Assembly: GCA_012521575.1 (NCBI GenBank)
Contig: JAAYMD010000024.1
Coordinates: forward strand, 1-40,966
Length of the DNA: 40,966 nucleotides
DNA from: Mollicutes bacterium
Lineage (GTDB): Bacteria; Bacillota_I; Bacilli_A; RF39; UBA660
Direction of reading: 5' to 3'
The position numbers were made by a program, and so were the translations under genes. A model generated the notes under the pieces. That model did no database searches, had not been told where the DNA came from, and worked only from the letters and a program-made list of their open reading frames with translations. The number at the start of each line of letters is the position of its first letter. Within the stretch, counting starts at the first letter, position 1. Positions 8,874-16,844 of this stretch are shown in pieces.

Positions 8874-9769
8874 GAAAATTTGTAGTTGACAGCCATAGCG
8901 AAAACCAGCGTATAGATATTTATTTAATTGATTTATTAGAACTAAGTCGCACAAAAATTCAAAAATTAATAAAATCGGGAGATATTTTAGTTAATAACAA
9001 AGGTGTGAAAACGAAATACTTATTAAAAGCAAATGAAGTTATTACTGTTAAAAATATTCCAAATGATGAAGTTAAATTAAAACCCGAAAAAATTGATTTA
9101 GATATTGTTTATGAAGACGATGATGTTGTTGTAATTAATAAAGCCAATGGAATGGTTGTACATCCGGCTAACGGGATAAATTCTGGAACTTTAGCAAATG
9201 CTCTTTTATATCACTTTAAAGAACTAAGTGATATTAATGGAGAATTAAGACCAGGGATTGTTCATCGCCTGGATGCTTATACTACTGGTCTTTTGGTTGT
9301 TGCCAAAAACAATGCAGCACATTTAACGTTAAAAAAGCAATTGAAAGAAAGAACAATGTCAAGAAAATATTATGCTTTAGTATGGGGAGTAATCAATAAT
9401 GATAGCGGGACAATTGATGCTCCAATTGGACGTGATATAAGTAATCGCAAAAGATTTACAGTAACAGATATCAATAGTAAGGATGCTTTTACCCAGTTTA
9501 AGGTTATAAAAAGATTTAAAGATGCAACATTAGTAGAAGTTAAATTACAAACCGGTCGTACTCATCAAATAAGAGTACATTTCAATTATATTGGACATCC
9601 TGTAGTAAATGATCCAGTCTATGGTAGAAGAAAAACAATTGATAAAACAGGCCAATGCTTACATGCTAAAGTTTTGGGATTTGTACATCCAACTACCAAT
9701 GAATATATGGAATTTACTAGTGAACTGCCAAATGAATTTATTAATATTATGAATAAGTTTGAAAGTTGA
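8870..9769 (+). CDS. rluD: RluA-family 23S rRNA pseudouridine synthase (RluD-like)
   Basis: N-terminal S4 domain, HRLDAYTTGLLVVAK catalytic motif, and GRTHQIRVH. ATGA overlap with lspA, which is the usual lspA-rluD pair. Confidence 0.85.
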   Translation: MRKFVVDSHSENQRIDIYLIDLLELSRTKIQKLIKSGDILVNNKGVKTKYLLKANEVITVKNIPNDEVKLKPEKIDLDIVYEDDDVVVINKANGMVVHPANGINSGTLANALLYHFKELSDINGELRPGIVHRLDAYTTGLLVVAKNNAAHLTLKKQLKERTMSRKYYALVWGVINNDSGTIDAPIGRDISNRKRFTVTDINSKDAFTQFKVIKRFKDATLVEVKLQTGRTHQIRVHFNYIGHPVVNDPVYGRRKTIDKTGQCLHAKVLGFVHPTTNEYMEFTSELPNEFINIMNKFES

Positions 9770-9832
9770 AAAATAAAATGCTTTACATAAAATAATAAAG
9801 AGTGTAAAATATAGCAAGGAAGAGGTGGTATA

Positions 9833-10984
9833 ATGAATGAAATTATGAAAAATGAAGAAGATTTAATCCTCAAGTTGTTGCACTATTTCATAACGGAACA
9901 AGGATATAATCCAATTGTTTTACATGGTGCTAAGGACGAAATTTGGCTTGAAAATTTAGATCATGAATATCAAATTATTCGTATTGCATCAAACTATATC
10001 CATAATAAAGAACAATTAGATTTTGATATATATAAAACTACTCGTATTATGAATGATATTAAGAAAAAAACGTTAACATTTAATATGAATACTTTAAATA
10101 TCTTTTTAAATTTAGGAGATAACGTTGATTTTAAAACCAAAAATATTAAAAATATTACGTGTATTAATATTAAAAAACTTGAAGATCTAACTAATAACGA
10201 AATAATTAAAACACATTTTCCAACGATTACTAAAAAAACAGATTATAAAGAAAAAGGATTAGGGCTTTTACTTAAATTAACAAAAGATATAAGCAAAAAA
10301 AATGAAGAAGAAGCAAGGCAGGCTGAAGACGTATTTGGAATTAAAATGCCAATAGTAACTTATATTATAATAGCAATTAATGTAATGCTTTTTGTGGCAA
10401 TGTATATTTTGGGACAAGGAAGCACGCATATTCCAACTTTAATTAGTTTTGGTGCAAGTTACCCAGATTTAATAAGAAGTGGAGAATATTATAGACTTAT
10501 AACCAGTAGTTTTCTTCATATTGGGTTGCTTCATTTATTATTTAATAATTATGCATTATATATTATTGGACCGCAATTAGAAAGTTTTTATGGTAAAGCT
10601 AAATTTATAATCATTTATTTATTTAGTGCTATTACCTCCACACTACTTTCAATGCTATTCTTTGATGGAGTAAGTGCTGGGGCATCTGGTTCAATCTTTG
10701 GTCTTTTAGGAGCACTTCTATATTTTGGATATCACTATCGTATTTATCTAGGATCAGTTATTAGATCACAAATAATTCCATTAATTATTATTAATTTATT
10801 AATTGGATTTACATTTAGTGGCATTAATAATGCTGCTCATATTGGAGGATTAATTGGTGGAGGATTAATTGCCATGGCACTTGGTGTTAAATATAAATCA
10901 ACCACATTTGATAAAGTTAATGGTTGGATTATGACTTTAATTTTTACAGTATTTTTAATATATTTAGCCTTTATAGGCATATAA
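9833..10984 (+). CDS. rhomboid family intramembrane serine protease with cytoplasmic N-terminal domain
   Basis: GASGSIFGLLGA (catalytic Ser) and AAHIGGLIGG (catalytic His) within a polytopic C-terminal half. Confidence 0.85.
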   Translation: MNEIMKNEEDLILKLLHYFITEQGYNPIVLHGAKDEIWLENLDHEYQIIRIASNYIHNKEQLDFDIYKTTRIMNDIKKKTLTFNMNTLNIFLNLGDNVDFKTKNIKNITCINIKKLEDLTNNEIIKTHFPTITKKTDYKEKGLGLLLKLTKDISKKNEEEARQAEDVFGIKMPIVTYIIIAINVMLFVAMYILGQGSTHIPTLISFGASYPDLIRSGEYYRLITSSFLHIGLLHLLFNNYALYIIGPQLESFYGKAKFIIIYLFSAITSTLLSMLFFDGVSAGASGSIFGLLGALLYFGYHYRIYLGSVIRSQIIPLIIINLLIGFTFSGINNAAHIGGLIGGGLIAMALGVKYKSTTFDKVNGWIMTLIFTVFLIYLAFIGI

Positions 10985-11107
10985 AAAAACAATTTAATAA
11001 TTGTTTTTTTTTAATGTAAAATATTATAAACATGAAAATAAAATTTTGAATTATAAAATTATAAAAAAGAAAACTATAAGTTTGAAATTAGAAAATGAGT
11101 ATATAAT

Positions 11108-11138
11108 AAAAAATATCGGCATAATTCCGATATTTTTT
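11108..11138 (-). terminator. intrinsic terminator of lexA
   Basis: AAAAAATATCGG-cataatt-CCGATATTTTTT abuts the lexA stop codon. It is symmetric, so it could act in both directions. Confidence 0.6.
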
Positions 11139-11751
11139 ATAATTTTCGATATAAACCAATTGCTCTTCCTAAAATCGAAACATTATCTAAAATAATAGGC
11201 TCCATATTGTCATTCTCTGGTTGCAAGCGAACATGGTCTTTTTCTTTATAGAAAGTTTTTAAAGTAACTTCATTATCATCTGTCATGGCTACTACAATAT
11301 CACCATTTCTAGCTTCATTAGTTCTTTCTACAATTACAATGTCTCCGTCATAAATTCCAACATTAATCATACTATCACCAGAAACATATAATGTAAAAAT
11401 TTCTTTATTGTTAGGTATTAAATTAGTTGGTAGGGCAAAATATTCACCGGGGTTTTCAATTGCTTCTATTGGTGATCCTGCTGTAATTTTCCCAAGAAGT
11501 GGTACTTGAACAATATCGTCGTTTTTATCTAAGTATTCGTTTTCTACTAAAAGTTCAATCGCTCGATTTTTAGAATTTTCTTTTTTAATCATTCCTTTTT
11601 CTTCTAGATTGCTAAGATGGGCATGAATAGTAGCGGGTGATGATACACCCATTGCTTTGGCAATTTCTCTTACAGTAGGTGGATAACCATATTTAACTAT
11701 GTATTTTTTTATATATTGTAAAATTTCTTGTTGTCTACTGGTAAGTTTCAA
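11137..11751 (-). CDS. lexA: SOS repressor LexA
   Basis: N-terminal wHTH (LTSRQQEILQYIKKYIVKYGYPPTVREIAKAMGVSSPATIHAHLSNLEEKGMI), cleavage region and S24 peptidase domain (VSGDSMINVGI...KT). TTG start 7 nt after AAGGAGG. Confidence 0.92.
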   Translation of the reverse strand: MKLTSRQQEILQYIKKYIVKYGYPPTVREIAKAMGVSSPATIHAHLSNLEEKGMIKKENSKNRAIELLVENEYLDKNDDIVQVPLLGKITAGSPIEAIENPGEYFALPTNLIPNNKEIFTLYVSGDSMINVGIYDGDIVIVERTNEARNGDIVVAMTDDNEVTLKTFYKEKDHVRLQPENDNMEPIILDNVSILGRAIGLYRKL

Positions 11752-11779
11752 AATCTCAACCTCCTTATAATATAATTTA

Positions 11780-11808
11780 ATTTTAACATAATTTTACATT
11801 TTTGTCAA
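11780..11808 (-). promoter_or_regulatory. sigma-A type promoter of lexA
   Basis: On the minus strand: TTGACA (11808-11803), 17 nt, TGtTAAAAT (-10 at 11785-11780). The -35 overlaps LexA box 1. Confidence 0.5.
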
Positions 11809-11819
11809 ACATTCGTTCG
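11806..11819. promoter_or_regulatory. LexA (Cheo/SOS) box 1
   Basis: Minus-strand reading CGAACGAATGTTTG against the Firmicute consensus CGAAC-N4-GTTCG (one mismatch). Confidence 0.65.
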
Positions 11820-11827
11820 TTTTGTTA

Positions 11828-11856
11828 TTGACACGAACATTTGTTTGTGATAGAAT
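11828..11856 (+). promoter_or_regulatory. sigma-A type promoter driving the 49-aa ORF (and possibly tkt)
   Basis: TTGACA (11828-11833), 17 nt, TAGAAT (11851-11856). LexA box 2 fills the spacer. Confidence 0.55.
11834..11847. promoter_or_regulatory. LexA (Cheo/SOS) box 2
   Basis: CGAACATTTGTTTG against CGAAC-N4-GTTCG (one mismatch), between the -35 and -10 of the plus-strand promoter. Confidence 0.65.
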
Positions 11857-11879
11857 TTGGATAACAAGGGAGGGATAGA

Positions 11880-12029
11880 ATGCTAGATTTATTAAAAAAT
11901 AAAGTTATGTTAAGTTTCATGATATTAGTTTTGGTAGCTGTGTATTTTGATTCAGTTAATATTAAGAAAATGGAGGAAATGGATGATAAATCCGAAAAAA
12001 CAGAAATAATAATTAACAATAACAAGTAA
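11880..12029 (+). CDS. 49-aa single-TM peptide, candidate SOS-induced cell-division inhibitor (YneA/SosA-position analogue)
   Basis: Not in the ORF track (<60 aa). ATG follows AAGGGAGGG. Sequence MLDLLKNKVMLSFMILVLVAVYFDSVNIKKMEEMDDKSEKTEIIINNNK has one hydrophobic helix. It is divergent from lexA behind a LexA-boxed promoter. Confidence 0.5.
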   Translation: MLDLLKNKVMLSFMILVLVAVYFDSVNIKKMEEMDDKSEKTEIIINNNK

Positions 12030-12104
12030 ACATTCTTTATTATTCACCTCTTTTTTGATATAATTGAATTATACTAATATACTAAGGTACTAAGGGGTGA
12101 AATA

Positions 12105-14162
12105 ATGAAACAAAAAATTAATTATGACCAGATGAGTATAAATTATTTAAAAGCATTAGCAATTGATATGATTAATAAAGCAGGAAGTGGACATCCAGGA
12201 ATAGTTTTGGGTGCTGCGCCGATAATTTATACTCTATACAAAAACCATTTAAATTTTAGTACTACTGATCCTAATTGGATAAATCGTGATCGTTTTGTTA
12301 TGTCAGCAGGGCATGGATCTGCATTATTGTATGCAATGTTATATATGGCAGGTTTTAATATAACACTTGATGATTTAAAAAACTTTAGAAGAGCACATTC
12401 CAAAACCCCAGGACATCCAGAATATGGTGTTACAAGTGGAGTTGATATGACTACCGGACCACTTGGGCAAGGTATAGCAACGGCTGTTGGAATGGCACTG
12501 GGAAGTAAAATCAATGCCTCTAAATTTATATTACCTAATGATAAAAAAATTTTTGGGTCAAACGTTAAGAAACCAGTTATTGATTATAAAGTATATGTCC
12601 TTTGCGGTGATGGAGATTTAATGGAAGGTATTTCTTATGAAGCAGCATCTTTAGCAGGACATCTAGGTTTAAATAATTTAATTGTTTTATATGATTCAAA
12701 TGATATTTGTTTAGATGGTGAGACTAATCATACTTTTTCTGAAAATGTTTTGGATCGTTTTAAAGCCATGGGATGGAATACAGAGTTTGTGAAAAATGGA
12801 GAAGACATCAATGCAATTGATAGGGCTATTAATCGAGCAAAAGCATCAAATAAACCTACTATTATTGAAGTAAAAACTATTATTGGTGCAGGAACAAGCC
12901 TAGCAGGTACTAATAAGGTACATGGAAGTGTTTTAGGTGATGCGGAAACAAAAAAATTAAAACGACTTTTAAATGTTTCAGAAGATACATTTTATGTACC
13001 TGATGACATCCTGAATCATGTAAGACAATCTATAAGTAAACGTTATCGAAAATATTTTTATAACTGGGATGATAGCTATAAAAAATATGTTGATCTAAAA
13101 TATAGTGGTGATTATAACTTATTTAATAATATTTTGAATAGTCGATTCACTTATGATTTAACAAGATTAAATTGGGATTTTTTAGACAATGAAAAAGATG
13201 CTTTAAGAGATATGAATGGTAAGATAATGCAAAAAATATCAGAAACAGTTACTACACTTATTGGTGGTAGTGCTGATGTGGCTAGTTCTACTAAAACATA
13301 TTTATATCAAAAACCAGATGTTACTAAAGATAATTATAATGGGCGCAATATTTGGTTTGGTGTCCGTGAACATGCTATGGCGGCTATTATGAATGGTCTT
13401 GCTTTAGCTGGTTTTCGTCCGTTTGGTTCAACATTCTTATCATTTGCGGATTATCAAAAACCAGCTATTCGTTTATCGTCTTTAATGAATTTGCCGGTTA
13501 TTTATATTTATACTCATGATTCAATAAATATTGGACAAGATGGCCCAACCCATCAACCAATTGAACAATTAGCAATGCTTCGGTCAATACCCAATTTAAG
13601 AGTTTTTAGACCAGCAGATGCTCATGAATTAGTAGGATGCTGGCATGAAATATTGAATCATAGTTATCCTAGTTGTCTAGTTTTATCAAGAAATAAAACA
13701 GAAACACTTCCTTCCACTAAAGCAGAAAATGTTAAATATGGGGCATATCAAGTTTTGAGTGATCCAAATAAAAATGACGGCATTCTTATTGCAACTGGCA
13801 GTGAAGTACAAGTTGCCATTCAAGTGGTTCTTTCTTTATATAAAGAATATGGTATTAGATGCCACGTTGTAAGCATGCCATCAATGGAATTGTTTTTAGA
13901 ACAATCAAAAGAATATCAAGAAAGTATATTACCTAAAAATGTAAAAAAAATTGTTATCGAAGCTGGTTCTTCTTTTGGTTGGCACCGTTTTGTAGATGAT
14001 CCAAAATACTTAATTACAGTTGATAAATTTGGAATTAGTGGTACAAAAGATGAGGTTTTAGATTATTGTGATTTTACTTTTGAAAAGATAAAAAATCGTG
14101 TTATTGAGTTATTGGAGTTATCAAAACAAGAAGAAACAGTAGAAATAATTGATGACATTTAA
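12105..14162 (+). CDS. tkt: transketolase
   Basis: GSGHPG, GHGS..LY, GPLGQGI, CGDGDLMEG and THDSI..GQDGPTHQPIE motifs over 685 aa. Confidence 0.95.
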   Translation: MKQKINYDQMSINYLKALAIDMINKAGSGHPGIVLGAAPIIYTLYKNHLNFSTTDPNWINRDRFVMSAGHGSALLYAMLYMAGFNITLDDLKNFRRAHSKTPGHPEYGVTSGVDMTTGPLGQGIATAVGMALGSKINASKFILPNDKKIFGSNVKKPVIDYKVYVLCGDGDLMEGISYEAASLAGHLGLNNLIVLYDSNDICLDGETNHTFSENVLDRFKAMGWNTEFVKNGEDINAIDRAINRAKASNKPTIIEVKTIIGAGTSLAGTNKVHGSVLGDAETKKLKRLLNVSEDTFYVPDDILNHVRQSISKRYRKYFYNWDDSYKKYVDLKYSGDYNLFNNILNSRFTYDLTRLNWDFLDNEKDALRDMNGKIMQKISETVTTLIGGSADVASSTKTYLYQKPDVTKDNYNGRNIWFGVREHAMAAIMNGLALAGFRPFGSTFLSFADYQKPAIRLSSLMNLPVIYIYTHDSINIGQDGPTHQPIEQLAMLRSIPNLRVFRPADAHELVGCWHEILNHSYPSCLVLSRNKTETLPSTKAENVKYGAYQVLSDPNKNDGILIATGSEVQVAIQVVLSLYKEYGIRCHVVSMPSMELFLEQSKEYQESILPKNVKKIVIEAGSSFGWHRFVDDPKYLITVDKFGISGTKDEVLDYCDFTFEKIKNRVIELLELSKQEETVEIIDDI

Positions 14163-14242
14163 AATTTAAGTCAAAAAATAGATGGATCATCTTCTTAGGT
14201 ATTGTTTATTGATTTTATAGTGCTTCTTCAATACATTGTAAT

Positions 14243-14271
14243 TTGAAAATAACATTTTTTTATGATAAAAT
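14243..14271 (+). promoter_or_regulatory. extended -10 sigma-A promoter in front of the triple repeat
   Basis: TTGAAA (14243-14248), 17 nt, TGaTAAAAT (-10 at 14266-14271). Confidence 0.55.
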
Positions 14272-14292
14272 AATCAAGAAATGAAAGTTGAA

Positions 14293-14459
14293 CCATAGTA
14301 CCCTGAAAAATAACAGGGGAGTTGGACTTTTTTTCCATATTCATTTCTCCTTTCTTTGCCATAGTACCCTGAAAAATAACAGGGGAGTTGGACTAGTTCT
14401 ATATTCATTTTATTTCACTCCTTGCCATAGTACCCTGAAAAATAACAGGGGAGTTGGAC
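14293..14459 (+). repeat. three exact 35-nt direct repeats with an exact 66-nt period
   Basis: CCATAGTACCCTGAAAAATAACAGGGGAGTTGGAC at 14293-14327, 14359-14393 and 14425-14459. The intervening 31-mers (14328-14358, 14394-14424) are related to each other. Confidence 0.95.
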
Positions 14460-14470
14460 CTCAAAATAAC

Positions 14471-14496
14471 AAAAAACCGCTATTTTGCGGTTTTTT
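14471..14496 (+). terminator. intrinsic terminator (symmetric A/T flanks, potentially bidirectional)
   Basis: AAAAAACCGC-tatttt-GCGGTTTTTT. Confidence 0.8.
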
Positions 14497-14691
14497 AATA
14501 AATATAAAAGAGTTTTTGTTAAATAGTTTGGAATTTCAAATCTTATGATAAATATCTATTGAAAGCATAAATTTTATGCTTCTTTTATTTTGTCAAAAAA
14601 ACCTATTTATTTAGTTTCAAATTTATAAAATTAAGAATAAAATTCTACATATTTAGGCACGAATGTATTTTATAATGATGTGGGTGATTTA

Positions 14692-15111
14692 ATGCGAAAG
14701 TATTACTTGTTTGTTATTAAAGATAAAATAATTAAAACATATAATAATGATTTAAAAGGATTATATATTAATTTGTATCAAATATATAAAAACAAGAAAA
14801 ATAATATAAATTATCTTATCTCTTTGTTTGAACAACTTTGCCTTCCATTTCAAGTAGATATTTTGGCAAATTATTTAAATCATTTGCCCCATCTTCAGCA
14901 GAATGGTAAGAAATATTTATATAAGAAAAATGGGGAAGTAAGTTTAATGGAATTAAGTTATCCAACTATTGTAATTATGAGTAACCGTAATTTGCCATAT
15001 TTTTTTAGGATGCTAAATTTATATAATAAAAAAATATTGGTTTGTGATTTTGATAATCATGATTATTTTTGGCTGAGTATGCAAAAAAGTCAAGAAATTG
15101 AATATAATTAA
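14692..15111 (+). CDS. SirA (YneE)-like sporulation inhibitor of replication, tentative
   Basis: ~139 aa from the ATG at 14692 (the tracked GTG at 14680 is possible). It lies between tkt and yneF, as sirA does in B. subtilis. Size is similar, and the ends resemble my recollection of SirA (N-terminal RKYYLFVIKD, C-terminal FF..L......L.CDFDNHDYFWL). The call rests mainly on synteny. Confidence 0.4.
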   Translation: MRKYYLFVIKDKIIKTYNNDLKGLYINLYQIYKNKKNNINYLISLFEQLCLPFQVDILANYLNHLPHLQQNGKKYLYKKNGEVSLMELSYPTIVIMSNRNLPYFFRMLNLYNKKILVCDFDNHDYFWLSMQKSQEIEYN

Positions 15112-15171
15112 TAAACTACTTGATAAATAAAAAATATTTTAGTAAAATTAATATACGGAAGGAATGATATA

Positions 15172-15399
15172 ATGGATTGGGGATTATTTTTACTTGATTT
15201 ATTAAAAGTATTAGGAGGCTTAATTGCTGGTATTGTAATTGGGTTTTTTATCGCCCGAAATTATATGAAAAAATATATGAAAAAAAATCCACCAATAAAT
15301 GAACAAATGATTAAAGCAATGATGCAACAAATGGGTAGAACACCAAGTCAAAAACAAGTTAATCAAATGATGAAATTAATGACTAAATATTTAGATTAG
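15172..15399 (+). CDS. yneF: UPF0154 family membrane protein YneF
   Basis: One TM helix followed by [41 protein letters not shown], the characteristic YneF sequence. Confidence 0.8.
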   Translation: MDWGLFLLDLLKVLGGLIAGIVIGFFIARNYMKKYMKKNPPINEQMIKAMMQQMGRTPSQKQVNQMMKLMTKYLD

Positions 15400-15586
15400 T
15401 CATTTTTTTTATGATTAAAATATGCTACAAGGAATAATTATTTTATGTTAATTGAGCATACTAAAAAAAGATGTATCTTAAATGTTCAAAGATAAAAGTT
15501 TTTTGTTATAGTGATATTAATTATTTTATTATAATAGAAAAGTGATGGTAGATATATAATGGGTATAAAATTTGGAGGTAGTAACA

Positions 15587-15688
15587 ATGATGTATTTATT
15601 GCGATTATGGAAAGATAAAATATCTATCTCACGGTTTGATAAACGCCAAGCAATATTAGTGACATTGAAAATTAAAAAAGCAGATTAG
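15587..15688 (+). CDS. possible 33-aa small ORF
   Basis: GGAGG lies 8 nt before the ATG (MMYLLRLWKDKISISRFDKRQAILVTLKIKKAD). No family recognised and no clear promoter. Coordinates counted by hand. Confidence 0.2.
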   Translation: MMYLLRLWKDKISISRFDKRQAILVTLKIKKAD

Positions 15689-16003
15689 AGATCCCAAAAT
15701 AAAAAATTAATTTTAAATATAATCATTTTATATCGTTGTAAATATGTTTGATTGGATAGTTTAAATGTTTATGAACTATGTATCTTTAATATACCAATAA
15801 TTTCAACTAATAATGCTTTTGTTTATTGCAAATTAAATTTTGTTAAAGTGGGTAACTTTTAGGTTCCTCACAATTTTTGCTTAAAAACATGCATATTCAT
15901 GCAAAAATAGTTGACATTAATACTAAAAATATGGTAAAGTTATGGTGACACGAAAGAGTGTTTTTTATTTTGAAAAAAACATATAATAATAAGGTGGTGT
16001 GGG

Positions 16004-16183
16004 ATGAAAAAAATAATTGAATTTTTAAAGGACGTTAAAAAGGAAATGAAAAAGGTAAGATGGCCAAATAAAAAGGAAATGGCTACATATTCAATAGCTA
16101 CAATTTCATTTATTATCTTCTTCGCGCTTTTCTTTATGATAATTGACATTGTTTTAGCAACATTAAAAACATGGGTGAGATAA
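16004..16183 (+). CDS. secE: preprotein translocase subunit SecE
   Basis: Not in the ORF track (59 aa). MKKIIEFLKDVKKEMKKVRWPNKKEMATYSIATISFIIFFALFFMIIDIVLATLKTWVR. RBS AAGGTGG. TAATG overlap with nusG. A TTGACA-18-TGgTAAAGT promoter lies at 15911-15940. Confidence 0.85.
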   Translation: MKKIIEFLKDVKKEMKKVRWPNKKEMATYSIATISFIIFFALFFMIIDIVLATLKTWVR

Positions 16184-16716
16184 TGAAAAAAGAATGGTAT
16201 GTAGTAAATACTTATTCAGGTCACGAAAAAAGAGTAAAAGAAAAACTAGAAATGCGCGCGAGTTCAATGGGAATGGAAGACTACATTTTTAGAGTGGTTG
16301 TTCCGGAACAAACAGAAATTGAAATAAAAGATGGAGCTAAGAAAGAAAAACAAAAAAGAATGTTTCCGGGCTATATCCTAGTGGAAATGATTATGACAGA
16401 CGAATCATGGTTTGTTGTACGTAACACTCCAGGTGTTACTGGATTTATCGGTTCATCAGGAAAAGGTGCCAAACCATTTCCCCTAACTAATAAAGAAGTC
16501 GATAAAATATTAGGTAGCATGGGAATGACAAGATTAAAAATTGGTAGTGATTTAAAAGAAGGAGATATGATTAAAGTTATTAAAGGGCCATTTGCTAATA
16601 TGTTTGGGAAAATTAAAAGTTTTGATTTACAAAACCAAAAAATAGAAGCTGCTTTGGATTTGTTTGGTCAAGAAACAATTGTTGAAATATCGCTTGCTGA
16701 TATTGAAAAAGCATAG
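16183..16716 (+). CDS. nusG: transcription termination/antitermination factor NusG
   Basis: MKKEWYVVNTYSGHEKRVKE..., NGN and KOW domains. ATG at 16183 is preferred over the tracked 16171. Confidence 0.92.
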   Translation: MKKEWYVVNTYSGHEKRVKEKLEMRASSMGMEDYIFRVVVPEQTEIEIKDGAKKEKQKRMFPGYILVEMIMTDESWFVVRNTPGVTGFIGSSGKGAKPFPLTNKEVDKILGSMGMTRLKIGSDLKEGDMIKVIKGPFANMFGKIKSFDLQNQKIEAALDLFGQETIVEISLADIEKA

Positions 16717-16844
16717 TTTACAAAATAAAAAAAATGTGTTATTATTAAATAGCTATATTTTTGATGTAGTTAAAAAACGTGGGAGCGCGGACATATATAC
16801 TCGCATTTGGACCACAACGCGAAAAAAAATAGGAGGTGTTTTTC

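Larger units (their letters stand above)
14278..14496 (+). ncRNA. candidate ~220-nt sRNA built from three 66-nt modules (family not recognised)
   Basis: Bounded by the promoter above and a strong intrinsic terminator. Contains three identical hairpin-forming 35-mers separated by two CU-rich 31-mers that are complementary to an SD+AUG region. The 5' end is predicted, not observed. Confidence 0.45.

Noticed and set aside
11001-11195. Tracked 64-aa plus-strand ORF
   Set aside because: It lies across the rhomboid and lexA terminators and overlaps the 3' end of lexA. It has no RBS and a low-complexity A+T-driven sequence.
11825-12025. Tracked 66-aa minus-strand ORF between lexA and tkt
   Set aside because: It has no RBS. 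It runs antisense through the RBS-bearing 49-aa ORF and into the LexA-box/promoter region, and it ends inside the TTGACA -35 hexamer.
14293-14459. Mini CRISPR array (three 35-nt repeats, two 31-nt spacers)
   Set aside because: There are only three repeats and no cas genes in the window. The two 'spacers' are clearly related to each other (shared TTC[C/T]ATATTCATTT and CTCCTT), which real spacers are not. The unit has its own promoter and terminator, like a discrete sRNA gene. This is not fully excluded without a genome-wide search.
14293-14459. CsrA-sponge interpretation of the three hairpins (ACAGGGGAGU resembles ACARGGAUGU)
   Set aside because: The GGA-like bases lie mostly in the stem rather than the loop, and the match is imperfect. 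This cannot be supported from sequence alone, so it is mentioned only as a protein-sponge possibility.
14288-14548. Tracked 86-aa plus-strand ORF (MNHSTLKNNRGVG... repeated three times)
   Set aside because: It has a TTG start without an RBS. The repeated peptide is a by-product of the 66-nt (22-codon) period. The ORF reads straight through a strong intrinsic terminator.
15940-16149. Tracked 69-aa minus-strand ORF
   Set aside because: It is antisense to secE, which has an RBS, a conserved sequence and coupling to nusG.
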